A stretch of DNA of 56,692 nucleotides, the filler included, from Ionaspis alba (taxonomy: Eukaryota), in NCBI GenBank assembly GCA_964255285.1. It is 3 parts of 3 records of this genome, joined end to end, with 100 filler letters (N's around TTAATTAATTAA, not from the genome) between each part and the next. Parts side by side here need not be neighbours in the genome. Positions count along the whole stretch, not along the records: positions 37,871 to 56,692 come from CAXUUL010000280.1; 2 more parts are not named here. The stretch is one strand, 5' to 3'. The position numbers were made by a program, and so were the translations under genes. The notes below the pieces were generated by a model. That model made no database searches and was not told the DNA's origin. It was given only the letters and a program-made list of their open reading frames with translations. Shown here piece by piece: positions 39,152 to 50,936 of this stretch (the stretch's first letter is position 1; every line of letters starts with the position of its first letter).

Positions 39152-41746
39152 ATGTCTGCGAAGCCCAAAAATGTCATGAGGCAGCCAACCCAACGAGCTC
39201 CACGGGCTAGATTAGACAGTATCAAAAATCCTCAGCCTCGACCAGTTCCTCAAGCTACTCGGCCGGCCAAGGCGCAGCTGCGCAGACCTGCTGTGCCTAC
39301 TTGTACGAACAAGACCTGTCCGAAGAGTGACGTCGATGAAGATGATGGCAAACTTGTGTGCAAAACCTGCGGTGTCGTCATCTCCGATATCCAAATCATT
39401 CAAGAAATCACTTTCGGGGAGTCTTCTAATGGAGCCGCTGTGGTACAAGGAGCCTATGTTGGTGCGAACGAGGAACACGCCCGGAACAGTGCATTGGGCA
39501 ATTCGAAACTGACCGGTGGCACCGACAGTAGAGAAGTTACTTTGAGGAATGGTAAGTCAAGTCTTAATGCTCTCCATCTCGAGGTAAGTCCCGTGGTTAA
39601 TCCATTTGGGCAGGGAAAATGGCAATCCAGCGAATTGCGAACGGGGTATCATCACTTGACGGACTAAATCTGACCACTACCCACCATGATCGAGCGTTGT
39701 CTGTCTACACGCTCGCCATAGGTGTCAATTTCATTCAAGGACGAGAAATTGATCACGTTGCCGCGGCCTGTCTGTACATTGCTTGTCGACGAGACCCCGA
39801 GAACAGGGTAATGCTGATTGACTTCTCTGATACCCTGAAGGTGTGTATCTCTATATTGCTCCACTTTATAGCCACTGACTTTGTGTTAGGTCGACGTCTT
39901 CAAACTTGGGCACACTTACAATTCACTTGTCCAGGAGCTTGGTCTCAGGAAAGGGGAGGGCATGGCGGGGATCGGCGAGATTAATCCGGAGCATCTCATT
40001 TATCGCTTCGCCGGTCAGCTGGATTTTGGAGACGACTACATCCGTGTTGCGAACGAAGCTGCGAAGATCCTGCAACGAATGCGACGTGACTGGATGGCTC
40101 ATGGACGTCGTCCTTCCGGTGTTTGCGGAGCTGCGCTAATTCTGGCGGCTCGTATGAACAACTATCGTCGGACGGTCCGGGAGGTTGTCTACATTGCCAA
40201 AGTTACTGACCTCACTATCAATAAGCGCCTAGAGGAATTCAAGTATACGCAGAGTAGCGCACTCACTGTCGCTGAGTTTCGCAACCATGGGCTACAATCA
40301 GGACAAGAGTGCGACCCGCCAGCTTACTATCGACAATTCTTACCAAAAAAGAAGAGGAAGCTCAAGAAGAACGAAGGAACTGCAGCCGAAGAAATCTCTG
40401 ATTCAGATTCTGAACGTGCAAACTCCAATGACCCCTCGAATGATGATGACGATGATGAAAACACCACGCCCACTCAACAAGCCCAGAGAGACAGCCAGGC
40501 AATGCCCCCACCACCTATTCCGATCGATCCCGCATTACATGAAGTATCAGCACAGCGTCTTTCGGAACTCGAGTCATCGAACCAGATTCATGACGAAGCT
40601 TCTGGTGAAGGAAGTTCGGAAGTTCAGCTGCCTCGCAAATCTGGTCGACCTCCAGGATCGAAGAACAAGCCTTTGCCAACTCCCACTGCGTCCCAGATCG
40701 AGGACGAAGACGCAATAGAATCCGATATAGACTCATATTTACAAGATCCTGCTACCGTTGCTCATGCGACAGAACTGCATAATGCTCTAAACGTCACAAG
40801 GCCGCTCTCCCCACCCTCCACCCAAGGGAAACTAGGTCCAAGGAATGATGCCACTCACGAAGCTGACAATCCTCTGGACTCAACCGAGCCAAATTCACCT
40901 CCAGCTACACAACGGACTGAAGCCCTGGCCAGCACCCAGACAAGACCTGTCATTCCAGACACCGAGATTATACCCGAAGAGGAATTTGCTGGTGACCCAG
41001 AAATCGACAACTGCCTTCTCACAGACGCAGAGATCAAGATCAAAGAGCGCATTTGGGTGCACGAGAATGGCGATTACCTTCGAGCTCAGCAAGCTAGACT
41101 AATCAAGCAACAACTCGCAGAGGCCAACGGGACAGCACGAGTCATTGTAAGGAGAAAAAGGAAGAGAGGCAGAATGGGTGATGTGAGTAAGTATCAGACC
41201 GTCAACGAGGATGGACAAGTCGTCGGACCATCGACTCCTGAAGAAGCTGTCGCAGCCATGATGAAGAAGCGGGGCTACAGTAGGAAGATTAATTACCAGG
41301 CTATCAAACATCATTTTGCTTCGAGCACTGCTAGTCAGAGCCGAGCTACGAGCACAAGAGACAGCGTTGTGGGCGATGGTGATGAGGAGCAGGAGAGCAG
41401 GGCGCCGACGCCCTTGGTTACAGTCACATCACCAACGCCACCAACAGCCGGAGCAGAGAAAGCGGCATCGGCTCCGAAGCCAGACAAACCCTCCGTGCAC
41501 AAGGATAGAGACGCAATTGTGGTCGACGACGTTGAAGAGGACGAGGATGCAGCTGGCCCTGTACCCGAGACGCGAAGAACTTTTGGAACCGTCGACCCTG
41601 ATGCTGTTTCCGTGGTGAATGATAATAACAACAACGATGAGCTGATGGCTCTTGCCCGCGAAGCGCAAGAAGGAACCGGAAGCGGAGAGGACGACTACCT
41701 CGAAGAGGAATATGAGGACCCACCCCCCGAGGAAGAAGACGATTGA
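39152..41746 (+). CDS. BRF1: TFIIIB subunit Brf1
   Basis: Zinc ribbon (CTNKTC...VCKTCGVV), EITFGESSNGAAVVQG, cyclin folds (VAAACLYIACRR; QRMRRDWMAHGRRPSGVCGAALILAARMNN), C-terminal EIKIKERIWVHEN and SRKINY. Two introns. Confidence 0.96.
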
Positions 41747-41896
41747 TATTGACAAGCTCGCAAGGTGGAGAGCGCGCGAAATACCCCTAAGAGGATTTTG
41801 GACACAATGATTGTACATATAAATGTCCGTTGCACACTCGCAACGTAGAAATCTTTTCGCATCGTTGAAACCAGAGCTACAGGCTACGAGCAGCTC

Positions 41897-42868
41897 CTAC
41901 TTGCCCTTCAACTTCTCCTCCACAATCCTCCCCACAATCTTCTCCAAGACCGCCATCTCCCCTCCCTCTCTTCCCTCAAAATACCCTCTCACACTCTTTT
42001 CCACATATTTGCCCACCATATCCACCTCCACATTGACCTCATCCCCTTCCTTCTTCCCACCCATCACAACCCTCTCTTGAGTATACGCAATAAGCATAAC
42101 CTCCCACCACCCCTCCCCATCCTCGACCTTCGTGATCGTCAAGCTCGCCCCGTCAAGCGTCACATAACCCTTCTCTACCACATACCGCAGCACGTCCCGA
42201 TCACGCGGTTGTAGCCGGAAAGTCAGCGCGTTGCCGTCGGGCGTAATGGAGAGAATGGTGGCGATCGTGTCGACGTGGCCTTGTACGAAGTGTCCCCCCA
42301 TACGCGTGCTGGCGGAGACGGCGCGCTCGAGATTTAGTGTTGAGGACGGCTTGAGGGAGGAGAGATTTGTGCGCCGCAGAGTTTCAGGGGAGATGCCGAC
42401 TTTGAAGGAGATTGGGGATTTTGGTGGGTCGAGGGCGGTGATTGTTAGGCAGGTTCCTGAAAGGGTCTTAGTGGAAGCGAGATGAGGTGGGATGTGGTGA
42501 GAGAACGTGAGATGGGGAGGAAGAGTTGTGGGACGGTGTGGGCAAGATGTGGGTTGCGGTGGGAGGATGAAGTGGGAGGACGTGGGACGGTGGTTTCGGT
42601 CTCGAGTGGGCAGTAGTGAGAATATGTGAGATCCCGAGTATGAGGAGATGTAAATACCATTGATACTGATGCTGTCCCCCAAATGGGCATCTGTGAGGAT
42701 GTCGGCGCAGTCGGCTATGGTGAGAGATGTTCCACCGCCGCCGCTGGCGGTCTCATCGTGCTTTTCGAGGGCGCAAACGGCTAGCTGGCGTTAGTGAGTC
42801 GGTGAATTACTACTGAGGGGACCGAGAAGGTACTGACTGCCAATTGTCTCAACTATTCCGGTGAACAT
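41897..42868 (-). CDS. RIB5: Riboflavin synthase
   Basis: MFTGIVETIG start, LGDSISING|TCLT, PETLRRTNL, LNLERAV...RMGGHFVQGHVD, KGYVTLDGASLT, VNVEVDMVGKY. Confidence 0.97.
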
Positions 42869-43100
42869 TTTGCTCCGCGTAGCCGATGCAAGAAACGTGC
42901 AGTTTGGAAACAATGACACCGGCAATGATATGTTATCCTTGTCGCGCGTCTACCTCGTCATGGGATGAAGCGCTTGCGGTAAAGACGGCAAGAACAGATG
43001 TGTAGACCTCGGCTGCGGGGAAATGCCAGACTTCATTCTTGCAAATATTTGTCAATCATGAATGCTTTCTCTCCGGTATTTCTAGATTGTGTTTTCGTAA

Positions 43101-44764
43101 ATGATCGCTGAGATGCTTAAACCCTCCTTCTTCCTTAGTCGACGCTGCGGAGGGTTACCCCTGTTCAACGGCTCAAGGAAAGCAGTCCATAGATCCTCGG
43201 CCACAACAGCCTCAAGTTCTCCCACACTGCCATTGGCCGGTATTCGGGTGTTGGATATGACTAGAGTTCTCGCTGGAGTATGCTTTGTGTCTCCTACTTG
43301 TGGTAGAGCCCATCGTAAACTGTGCATTATAACTAATCATGTTACTTAGCCGTATTGTACCCAGATACTTGGAGACCTTGGGTAGGCGACTTCAGATCCA
43401 GTACGCTCTAGCTCCTGTAAAGATTTCGACAGGTTTTCGGAGAAACTTCTCTGACAGATCTGGGTCGGTAGTGCAGAAGTCATTAAGATAGAACACCCCA
43501 CAAGAGGAGACGACACACGAGCTTGGGGTCCTCCATATGCCAAATATGTCAAAGCAGAAGGACAAGATGGTCCTGGAGAGAGCGCATACTTTCTCTCGGT
43601 CAGGACTTTCAACTCTAAGTTTTCGGTAACCGGCTGATGTAGAATGATAGGTGAACCGGAACAAGAAATCTCTTGGCCTGTCTTTTGCCTATCCCTCCGG
43701 AGTGGAAATCCTTCACAAGCTAGCAAACGATTGTGATGTTCTCGTCGAAAACTATCTTCCAGATACTCTAAAGAAATATCAGATGGACTTTGATACACTG
43801 CACAAGCTGAACCCTAGCTTAATATATGCTAGCATCACTGGATATGGACAGACAGGACCGTACCGAGAACGAGCCGGCTACGACGTCATGGTGGAAGCTG
43901 AGATGGGTCTTATGCACATCACAGGGTCAAGAGATGGGCCCCCTGTGAAGGTTGGTGTCGCTGTGACAGATCTGACAACCGGGCTGTATACCTCGAACGC
44001 AGTCATGGCAGCGCTACTAGGCAGAGCACGGACAGGGAAGGGACAGCATATTGACGTGGCGCTCAGCGACTGTCAAGTAGCGACTTTGGCGAATATGGCA
44101 AGCTCTGCCCTGATCAGTGGCCAGCCTGACAGTGGTAGATGGGGGACTGCACATCGTACGTTAGACTTCTCTGATCGAAGGCGACGCTTCTAACTAGACT
44201 CAGCGTCTATCGTTCCATATCGAGCTTTCAAGACTGTCGATGGGGATATCCTGTTGGGAGGTGGCAACGATCGGCTCTTTGGTATCATCTGTGAGCGACT
44301 CTCGAAGCCTGAGTGGAAGAGTGACAGTCGCTTCGTAACAAACGCTCTGAGGGTGAAGAATAGAGGCATTCTCGAAGCATTGATTGAAGAGGAGACGTCA
44401 AAGAAGACAACAAGTGAATGGCTTGAGATATTGGACCGGAGCGGTTTACCATACGCGGCCGTCAACGATATTCAGGGAACTTTGAGGCATGAACATGGTA
44501 TGTATGGTGACAGCTCCTTCGTCTTAAGATGTCCTGTTTGCTGATTGAGTAGTGCTTGCGCGCGACATGGTCAAAGAAGTCGAGCATCCGGCCTGTGGTC
44601 CGATGAAGCTTGTCAATACTCCTGTGAAATATTCATACTCGGAGCCCAGTATAAGAACACCTCCACCTCTTCTAGGTCAACATACGGACGAAGTACTGCG
44701 CGACATCTTAGGTATGACTGGTGCTGAGATCCAGGATCTTCGAAGTGAAGGTGTGGTCGCATGA
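43101..44764 (+). CDS. Family III (CaiB/BaiF) CoA-transferase, probably mitochondrial
   Basis: LPLAGIRVLDMTRVLAG|PYCTQILGDLG, GDDTRAWGPP, VNRNKKSLGL, DVLVENY, ASITGYGQTGPY...AGYD, PPPLLGQHTDEVL. Confidence 0.95.
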
Positions 44765-44965
44765 TACAGATCAGTAAAGGGTGAATAGACAGTTATTTTC
44801 ATACCTTCTGACGCATGAACATATTGATTTCTGTTGATCATGATCGTTTGTTGCTTTCCTGGTTAGGAATAGAGTAATCTTGGCCACATATTGCGCAGCT
44901 CGACGGAGAATTGAGTGAAGGAGTAGAAGACCTCGATCGTACCTACTGTGCAAATGAAACTGCTT

Positions 44966-45016
44966 CTAAGTCGTGAAGCAATAGTTGATCTCGGACATTG
45001 GTTGCTGTCGTTGCAT
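44966..45016 (-). CDS. Candidate a-factor-like lipopeptide pheromone precursor, MQRQQPMSEINYCFTT*
   Basis: 16-codon ORF with an A-rich start context (GAAAAT-ATG) and Cys fourth from the C-terminus (CaaX position) preceded by Tyr. A TATATA element lies about 145 nt upstream, with an array of HMG-type motifs beyond it. CFTT is not a canonical CaaX. Confidence 0.55.
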   Translation of the reverse strand: MQRQQPMSEINYCFTT

Positions 45017-45160
45017 ATTTTCTGTATAGTATGAAGAACGTTGTTGAAGACCGTTGTTGAAGCCAGGACGGAGAAAGAATGATTATATTGTGATTTTGTA
45101 TAAGATGTGTTGGGCTTGAATGAGGGTAACAAGGGGAGAACTTAGGGGACTAACTTGCAG

Positions 45161-45167
45161 TATATAT
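45161..45167 (-). promoter_or_regulatory. TATA element upstream of the small CaaX-like ORF
   Basis: TATATAT lies between the repeat array and a C/A-rich leader that runs to the ATG at 45016 on the minus strand. Confidence 0.5.
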
Positions 45168-45192
45168 GTTATGATTCGAGAGGTTCCTTCAA

Positions 45193-45467
45193 CCCGGGCG
45201 CATATCAGAGTCAGGTCAAAGGGTTTCGACTTTCCCAAACGAATAACCCCGGCGCATATCAGAGTCAGGTCAAAGGGTTAGCAGCCACCGATCAATAAAA
45301 CCCCGGCGCATTTCGGAGTCAGGTCAAAGGGTTCGAATCCACCGCAAGGAACAACAATATAGCCCCGGCGCATTTCGGAGTCAGGTCAAAGGGCTCGAAA
45401 CCACCGCACCGAACAATTATAGCCCCGGCGCATATCGGAGTCAGGTCAAAGGGCTCGAAACCACCGC
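45193..45467. repeat. Five-copy tandem array with a 31-nt core (CCC[C/G]GGCGCAT[A/T]TC[A/G]GAGTCAGGTCAAAGGG) and variable 23-31 nt linkers
   Basis: Cores start at 45193, 45247, 45301, 45363 and 45423, giving periods of 54, 54, 62 and 60 nt. Confidence 0.95.
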
Positions 45468-46371
45468 CGCCAAACCTCGCTTACCTCCCGAAGCTCCACC
45501 TAAAATCAACCTCCAACAAAAAGTATGTATGTACTAACGAAAACCATCCTGTGCTAGGAAATAGCACAGGAGAGTTTCATAGGCCTCCTTCGGGATGGTT
45601 CGAACTTTTGCCCCGATCAAATTTGAAACTCGATCCGATTCTCTAGCTCAACAATTTTGAAATCTTTCAACGTTCTCCTTTTGCTGCTAAGAACGCTGGC
45701 TCAATTATCGGCTTTGGTGCATCCTGCTTCCTATATGGTATAGTCCAGAAAGTGTGATCTACAGATGTATTTCTAAAGTCCACCATTCTGGACTGGTAGG
45801 TCAAGTGTTGCTAAGCTTGCGCACTTCAATATTTTTGTCCGGTCAAGACGTTCGCAAGCAGCCATATATTTTCAACGAGTCAACCAGATGCTACAACAAG
45901 GAAACCCTTGACCTGTATCTATCGATGTGGACAAAGAGAGCTATGGGAGGAAGAAAATTCTATAGGCACGAGAGCGTCACTTATGTCGAAAGATCAAAGG
46001 TTTGATATCTGAGATCATGGTTCGGCCTGCCGCAATTGTTGGGGAGAGTTGAAGACTGAATTGCTTCGATGTGGCAATCTAGCTAGAGATTTCTCCTAAA
46101 ACTTTACCATGACATGTGAAGCACACGTATAAGTACATTGACATATCGTGAAAACAAGCAATAATTATAACACTCGCTGAAGTCAAGCTTTGGTTTCCAT
46201 AGATGGATGCAGCTTATGTAAGCAATTTTTGACCTCAATCCGAGGGCGCTCTGGCTATCGGTCAATGCGTAAGTGATGAACATCTCGGTTCCTACTCAGA
46301 TTTATGTAGGATATCATGGGTCAACTGATATGCTGGAGACCTAACTATTCTTTGATGTGCGCTCTGTAATC

Positions 46372-47927
46372 ATGGAACCGCCCTCTGCGACATTTCTCGA
46401 GCCTAATCCTACCTCCCAGCTCTTAGGTACTACCGAGCATCTACTTCAACCAGTCGCGGAGCACAATGCAAAATTGCAATCGACCCTTGCTCCAATTCCA
46501 ACTCAGCAGTACCAATCGCCCTATGCGTCTGCACCAGCCTTGGCTTCTTCAGCTTCGATCTCTCCTGTCATATCTCAAATGTCAAGCCCAGTCTTCTCTG
46601 ATCAAGTGAACGAAATTCTCGCTCGTGTACGAGCAAGCAGCGGTAACGCGGTTGAGCGTGGCTCGCCGCAATGGGAAGAAGCTCGGAAGGCAGTGATGAA
46701 AGAAATGACGTCCCAGAGCACACCTACTAGCTTCTCTATACCGAGTTTAGGCACTCCGGGATCACGAAAGCAAGCAAGGACTGGTGGAAGAAGGGGACGG
46801 GGTCCGAGACCGAGAGTTAGTCCGATTGCTTCTGAAGCCATCGATGTACCGTCGCCGAACGGGGTTGGTATATCAAGTGCTCCACTTCCCAGCTCAGGAC
46901 GAGGTACCAGAGGAGGCAGGGTCAACCGCGGTGGAAGGCCAAGAGGCAGCAGGGGTGGAAGAGGGAGCATGAGGAGTGGGAAACGAAAGAGAGCTAATGG
47001 AGAAGAGGACAATACGAACGACACAGATTCTAGCGAGAATTTCACGCCATTACCAACCCAGTCAAGGTCGGGGAGAAAGATCTTTCAGGCCGCTACAACA
47101 ACGTCGACCATCAAGATCGACGACGAGACCACCGAGCCAACTTCCTCTACAGTGACTCATCCAGCCGTTAACGGAATCGAGAAGAAAAGAAAGGGTAACA
47201 CGCGTCGCACTCCGGGCGCTGCAGCTGTCTGTAAGAATTGTGGGCGAGGACATAGTCCGTCTAGCAACGTGATTGTGTTTTGCGACGGCTGTAACACGCC
47301 TTGGCATCAGCACTGCCATGACCCAGTGATTAAAGGTGATCTCTTACAAATTCTTGAGGCAGATTGGTTTTGCGACGACTGCACGGTTCTGAGAGAGGAG
47401 AAGAGCGTCATCGAAGGCAGAGTAGCGGGCGAGAGCATGGGTTTGGCTGAGGTTGGTCAAATTCTTGTGGCTGGCATTGCCTTCAACTTCTTTCAGGATA
47501 TTGGACACTAATTTCATGTACCTAGAAACGGCAATACCTCCAGACACTCCCGCAAGCACACCTTGTTTCTCTCCTTCTCCATGCCTGCGCTCTGCATCCT
47601 TCCCTTCCTCTATTTCTGGCACGAGTACCTCCCGCATCTACCATCAGCTTATCTAGTACCGCATTGGATACGCCTGGCTTAGTGACGGACCTCGCGAACA
47701 CTGCGATCGCCGAAGCAGAAGAGTTCTACGAGGAGGACGACGTGCTGCCTTATCCGAAAGCGGGCAATGGAGTCCAGCTTCCGCCTGAATGTGATGATGT
47801 GGACATCTTGCTAGACGAGGATATTGTGACATTCAGCCACTCGTGGATGGAAGGATCGAAGTTGATGCGAGCAAATGCTGGCTTCTTAGGTATCGTAGCT
47901 GGCGAGGTGATAAGTCCTGCTGCTTGA
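46372..47927 (+). CDS. PHD-finger protein (Phf1/Phf2-like)
   Basis: RGG-rich region, then VCKNCGRGHSPSSNVIVFCDGCNTPWHQHCHDP...WFCDDC. The second exon contains LPYPKAGNGVQLPPE. Confidence 0.88.
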
Positions 47928-48100
47928 TCATGTTACAAGATACCAAAACATGCTTTTCGTGCCACAGTGAGTATGCATGGTTCTTCTTTCCTTCACTGTC
48001 TTCAGTGACGAACCATGCATTGACTAAGCGATTGTAAAAAGAGAAATGATCGACTAAAACGAAACCTTAACGCAGTCCCAGATATCAACATCCACATCAA

Positions 48101-49459
48101 CTAGAGCGCACTTCCGCTCACGACAGCAGACTTTTTGCGCTCCTCGAATATCGTCTGAGCTTCCCAAAGCTCGTGCTTCAAGTCCTCACCCCAAATCCAG
48201 TCCCAAGCATGACTTAAATAACCAAGAACACCTTCAATACTCTCTCCAAATTTCTCGTCTTCCAAGTCATACACCTTAGCAGTATGGTTGCTGGAAGTCA
48301 CCAGCCGCTGCGTCCTCGGTCTCCGCACTTGGTCGTACGCCGCAAAGGCATTCACCAAGTCCTTCACATCATCAACCGAAGCTAGCAACCGAGACAGGAT
48401 GAACGCATCCTCCACTGCCATGCCAGCACCTGCACCATGGTGAGGAGTGCTTGCGTGGGCAGCATCGCCGAGCAGACAGATCTTGCCCTTTCGATAATAC
48501 GTTGAAGCTGGGGGCGCCTCAAAAAGTGCCCAGACATCTGGGTCGTCCATCAAGGCGAGCATTTTTGTGACCTGTTGGTTCCAGCCTTCGTAATCCTCAA
48601 GCATTTCTGCCCTCGTCACATGCTTGACCCACTTCGGGTCCTCCCATTTACCATCAGCTTTGGAGTGAGATGCGGCCACGTTCATGACGCTCCCGTGCTC
48701 AATCGGCATGGTCAGCACATGGCCATGCTTACCCACATCTACTTCCAATTAGTCATGACGCGGAGATCAGCAGGAAAGAGCCAACTCACACATCTGAGTG
48801 TTCATGGCAAACTCTTCTCCGACCAAGTCCTTAGCCTTCTCCATCGGCACCAATCCACGATAGCAATAACTTCCGGAAAAGACCGCCGCGCTTGCCGGGT
48901 TGTCTTCTCCTAGCAAGATCTTTCGCACTCGGCTCTTGATTCCATCACATCCGATGGCTGCATCGTGCCTAGCAGTCGTGCCATCCGCGAACTTGAGCAA
49001 GACGCCCTCGCCCTCTTCGTCAATGCCCTCCAACCTCTTCCCAAAACTCGCCATCTCCTTCGGTACCAGTTTGACCATCTCCTCGAGAAATCGCGCCCTG
49101 TGCACACTCGACATACCCGTCTCGGACGTCAATTCAAGCATACTTTGCGCAGGTTGGTATCCTTCGGGACTGGTGGTTCCCATTCCCCAGCGGAAGTCAA
49201 AGACAGTACGCAATTTCGAGCTCCACCCATTTGTCGTTTCGCAGTGCTTGTATGCGGCCAAAATGTTGGGATCTAGCAGCGCCATGGCTTTTAGCGAGTT
49301 GGTGCCGAAGCCCACACCAGCGCCGACTTCGGTAAAGGCGTGCGCAGCTTCGTAGATGTGGCAGGGGATCTTGAGGTCGTGCAGGGTGATTGCGAGACAG
49401 ATACCACCAATGCCGCCACCGATTACGGCAAGTGAGAAGGGTTTCTGTTCAGGGGCCAT
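48101..49459 (-). CDS. FAD-dependent monooxygenase, salicylate hydroxylase-like
   Basis: VIGGGIGG, IYEAAHAFTEVGAGV, SVHRARFL, IGCDGIKSRVR, LLGDAAHASTPHHGAGAGMAVEDA. One intron. Confidence 0.93.
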
Positions 49460-50936
49460 TCGTTCGAGGCGTGGGTGGTGTTTGGTAATCGTGTTTAGTG
49501 GAGTTATGGTATGGACGGACTTGATCTTCCTCTGATCAGATGAAGCTTATGAGTCTATGTTCGGTGTGGTGCTGAGAGTTGAGATTTCTTTCTGAGGGCA
49601 GAGGAGGAATGCTTGCTGGTGCGATTATACTGTGGTTTCAGAAACCTGGCCTGGGCTTGAGGAAGTTTATATAGAGCTTTGGAGAGGTATCGGGGAAAGG
49701 CCTTCGGGCCTCCACCGTCAATCATCTCGGAAAGGCGAGAGAGGCCGGTGGTACAGATGTTGAACTTCTCGGATGTTTGGTTGGTGAAATACATAAGAGT
49801 CGTATCAAAAGAGCGGCTGAGACGGCTTCGGTGGCCGGTGGTGAACAATTGTGGGAAGGTGACTAAGTGATCGTTACTGCAAAGTCAGCAGAATCTGTGA
49901 TACTTGAGATTCCGAGCTCGATAATATGTGACCAATTAGCTGGTCTAGAAACATGATAAGACTTCCTAAGAATACCGATTCTGTCTGCAAGCCATGGATC
50001 CTAGGGGGCTTGCTTTGTTTCTATGGACCAGGGGTCGAGCATGGTGGGAACATAGACAAGCATTCACCGGGCGCTTCAGCCCTGGTCCGCTGTCGTTCAT
50101 GATCTAGCTGCGTCTGTCAACGGTATTTAAAGGCCGCAGACAGATGTATTTGATTGAATATAGCAAGATCTGCATGTTCGGATTCGGCACCGCCGGCCGG
50201 GGCTCCTTTGAAGCCGCCCGCTTTTCCGCCCCAGATTCCGCATTCTCAATGCGCATGCAGATCTGCGAATGATTAGGTGATGCCGCAACCGCGAAGAACG
50301 CTAATAATAATGGTATTGCTTGGGAGTTCTCTACTACGAGTATCAATGTGACAGATAAGAAAGTCGCCACGACATTAATCTTTGCATCGTTCCAGATTTC
50401 ACTAGCCTTAAGAGAGTTTGTGAACAATCTCAAATTGCTGAGCGTGCTATCTAAATTACAAACAGAAGGATTTATCCAGGATACAGTTGCATGTAATAGC
50501 CCGGCCAGAACCCTTCTAAGAAGTCCCCGTTTGCATCTTTGTGCGTGGATAAATGCTTGGAGGAGCCACCAGGATAGAGTTAGAAGGGGATTGTGGACAA
50601 GAGCACTGAGGACCAGAAGACATGAGGACATCCTCTTTTGAAGGTGTATCTCCATCCGCAGAATATCAGACACCCTCCATACCTTTATGATCTCTTGAAA
50701 GGCTGAACACGGATAACATATCTGCATGAGTCCCGTTGATTAAGTCAGAGCGAAGACTGTTATGCAATCCCGTTGATCGTACAGATCCCCCCCATTCTGT
50801 CTTGAAGTTCTAGGAAGTAGTGGTACTTGTTGTCAAAGGTCGTAGGAGTTCAAAGAAAGTAGAATATGTCTTGTACAATTGTCAGCTTGCTGTCACCGAA
50901 CTGGCTATCAAAACTGTCGGAGATTGCCGCGCAACC

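Noticed and set aside
45193..45467. CRISPR array (31-nt repeats with spacers of similar length)
   Set aside because: The context is a eukaryotic, intron-rich genome with no cas genes. The linkers are related to each other (shared TCGAA/CCACCG/ACAAT) rather than unique spacers.
45193..45467. Repetitive peptide precursor (alpha-factor or KEP type) encoded by the array
   Set aside because: The 62-nt period shifts the frame, stop codons occur, and there is no signal peptide or KR cleavage site.
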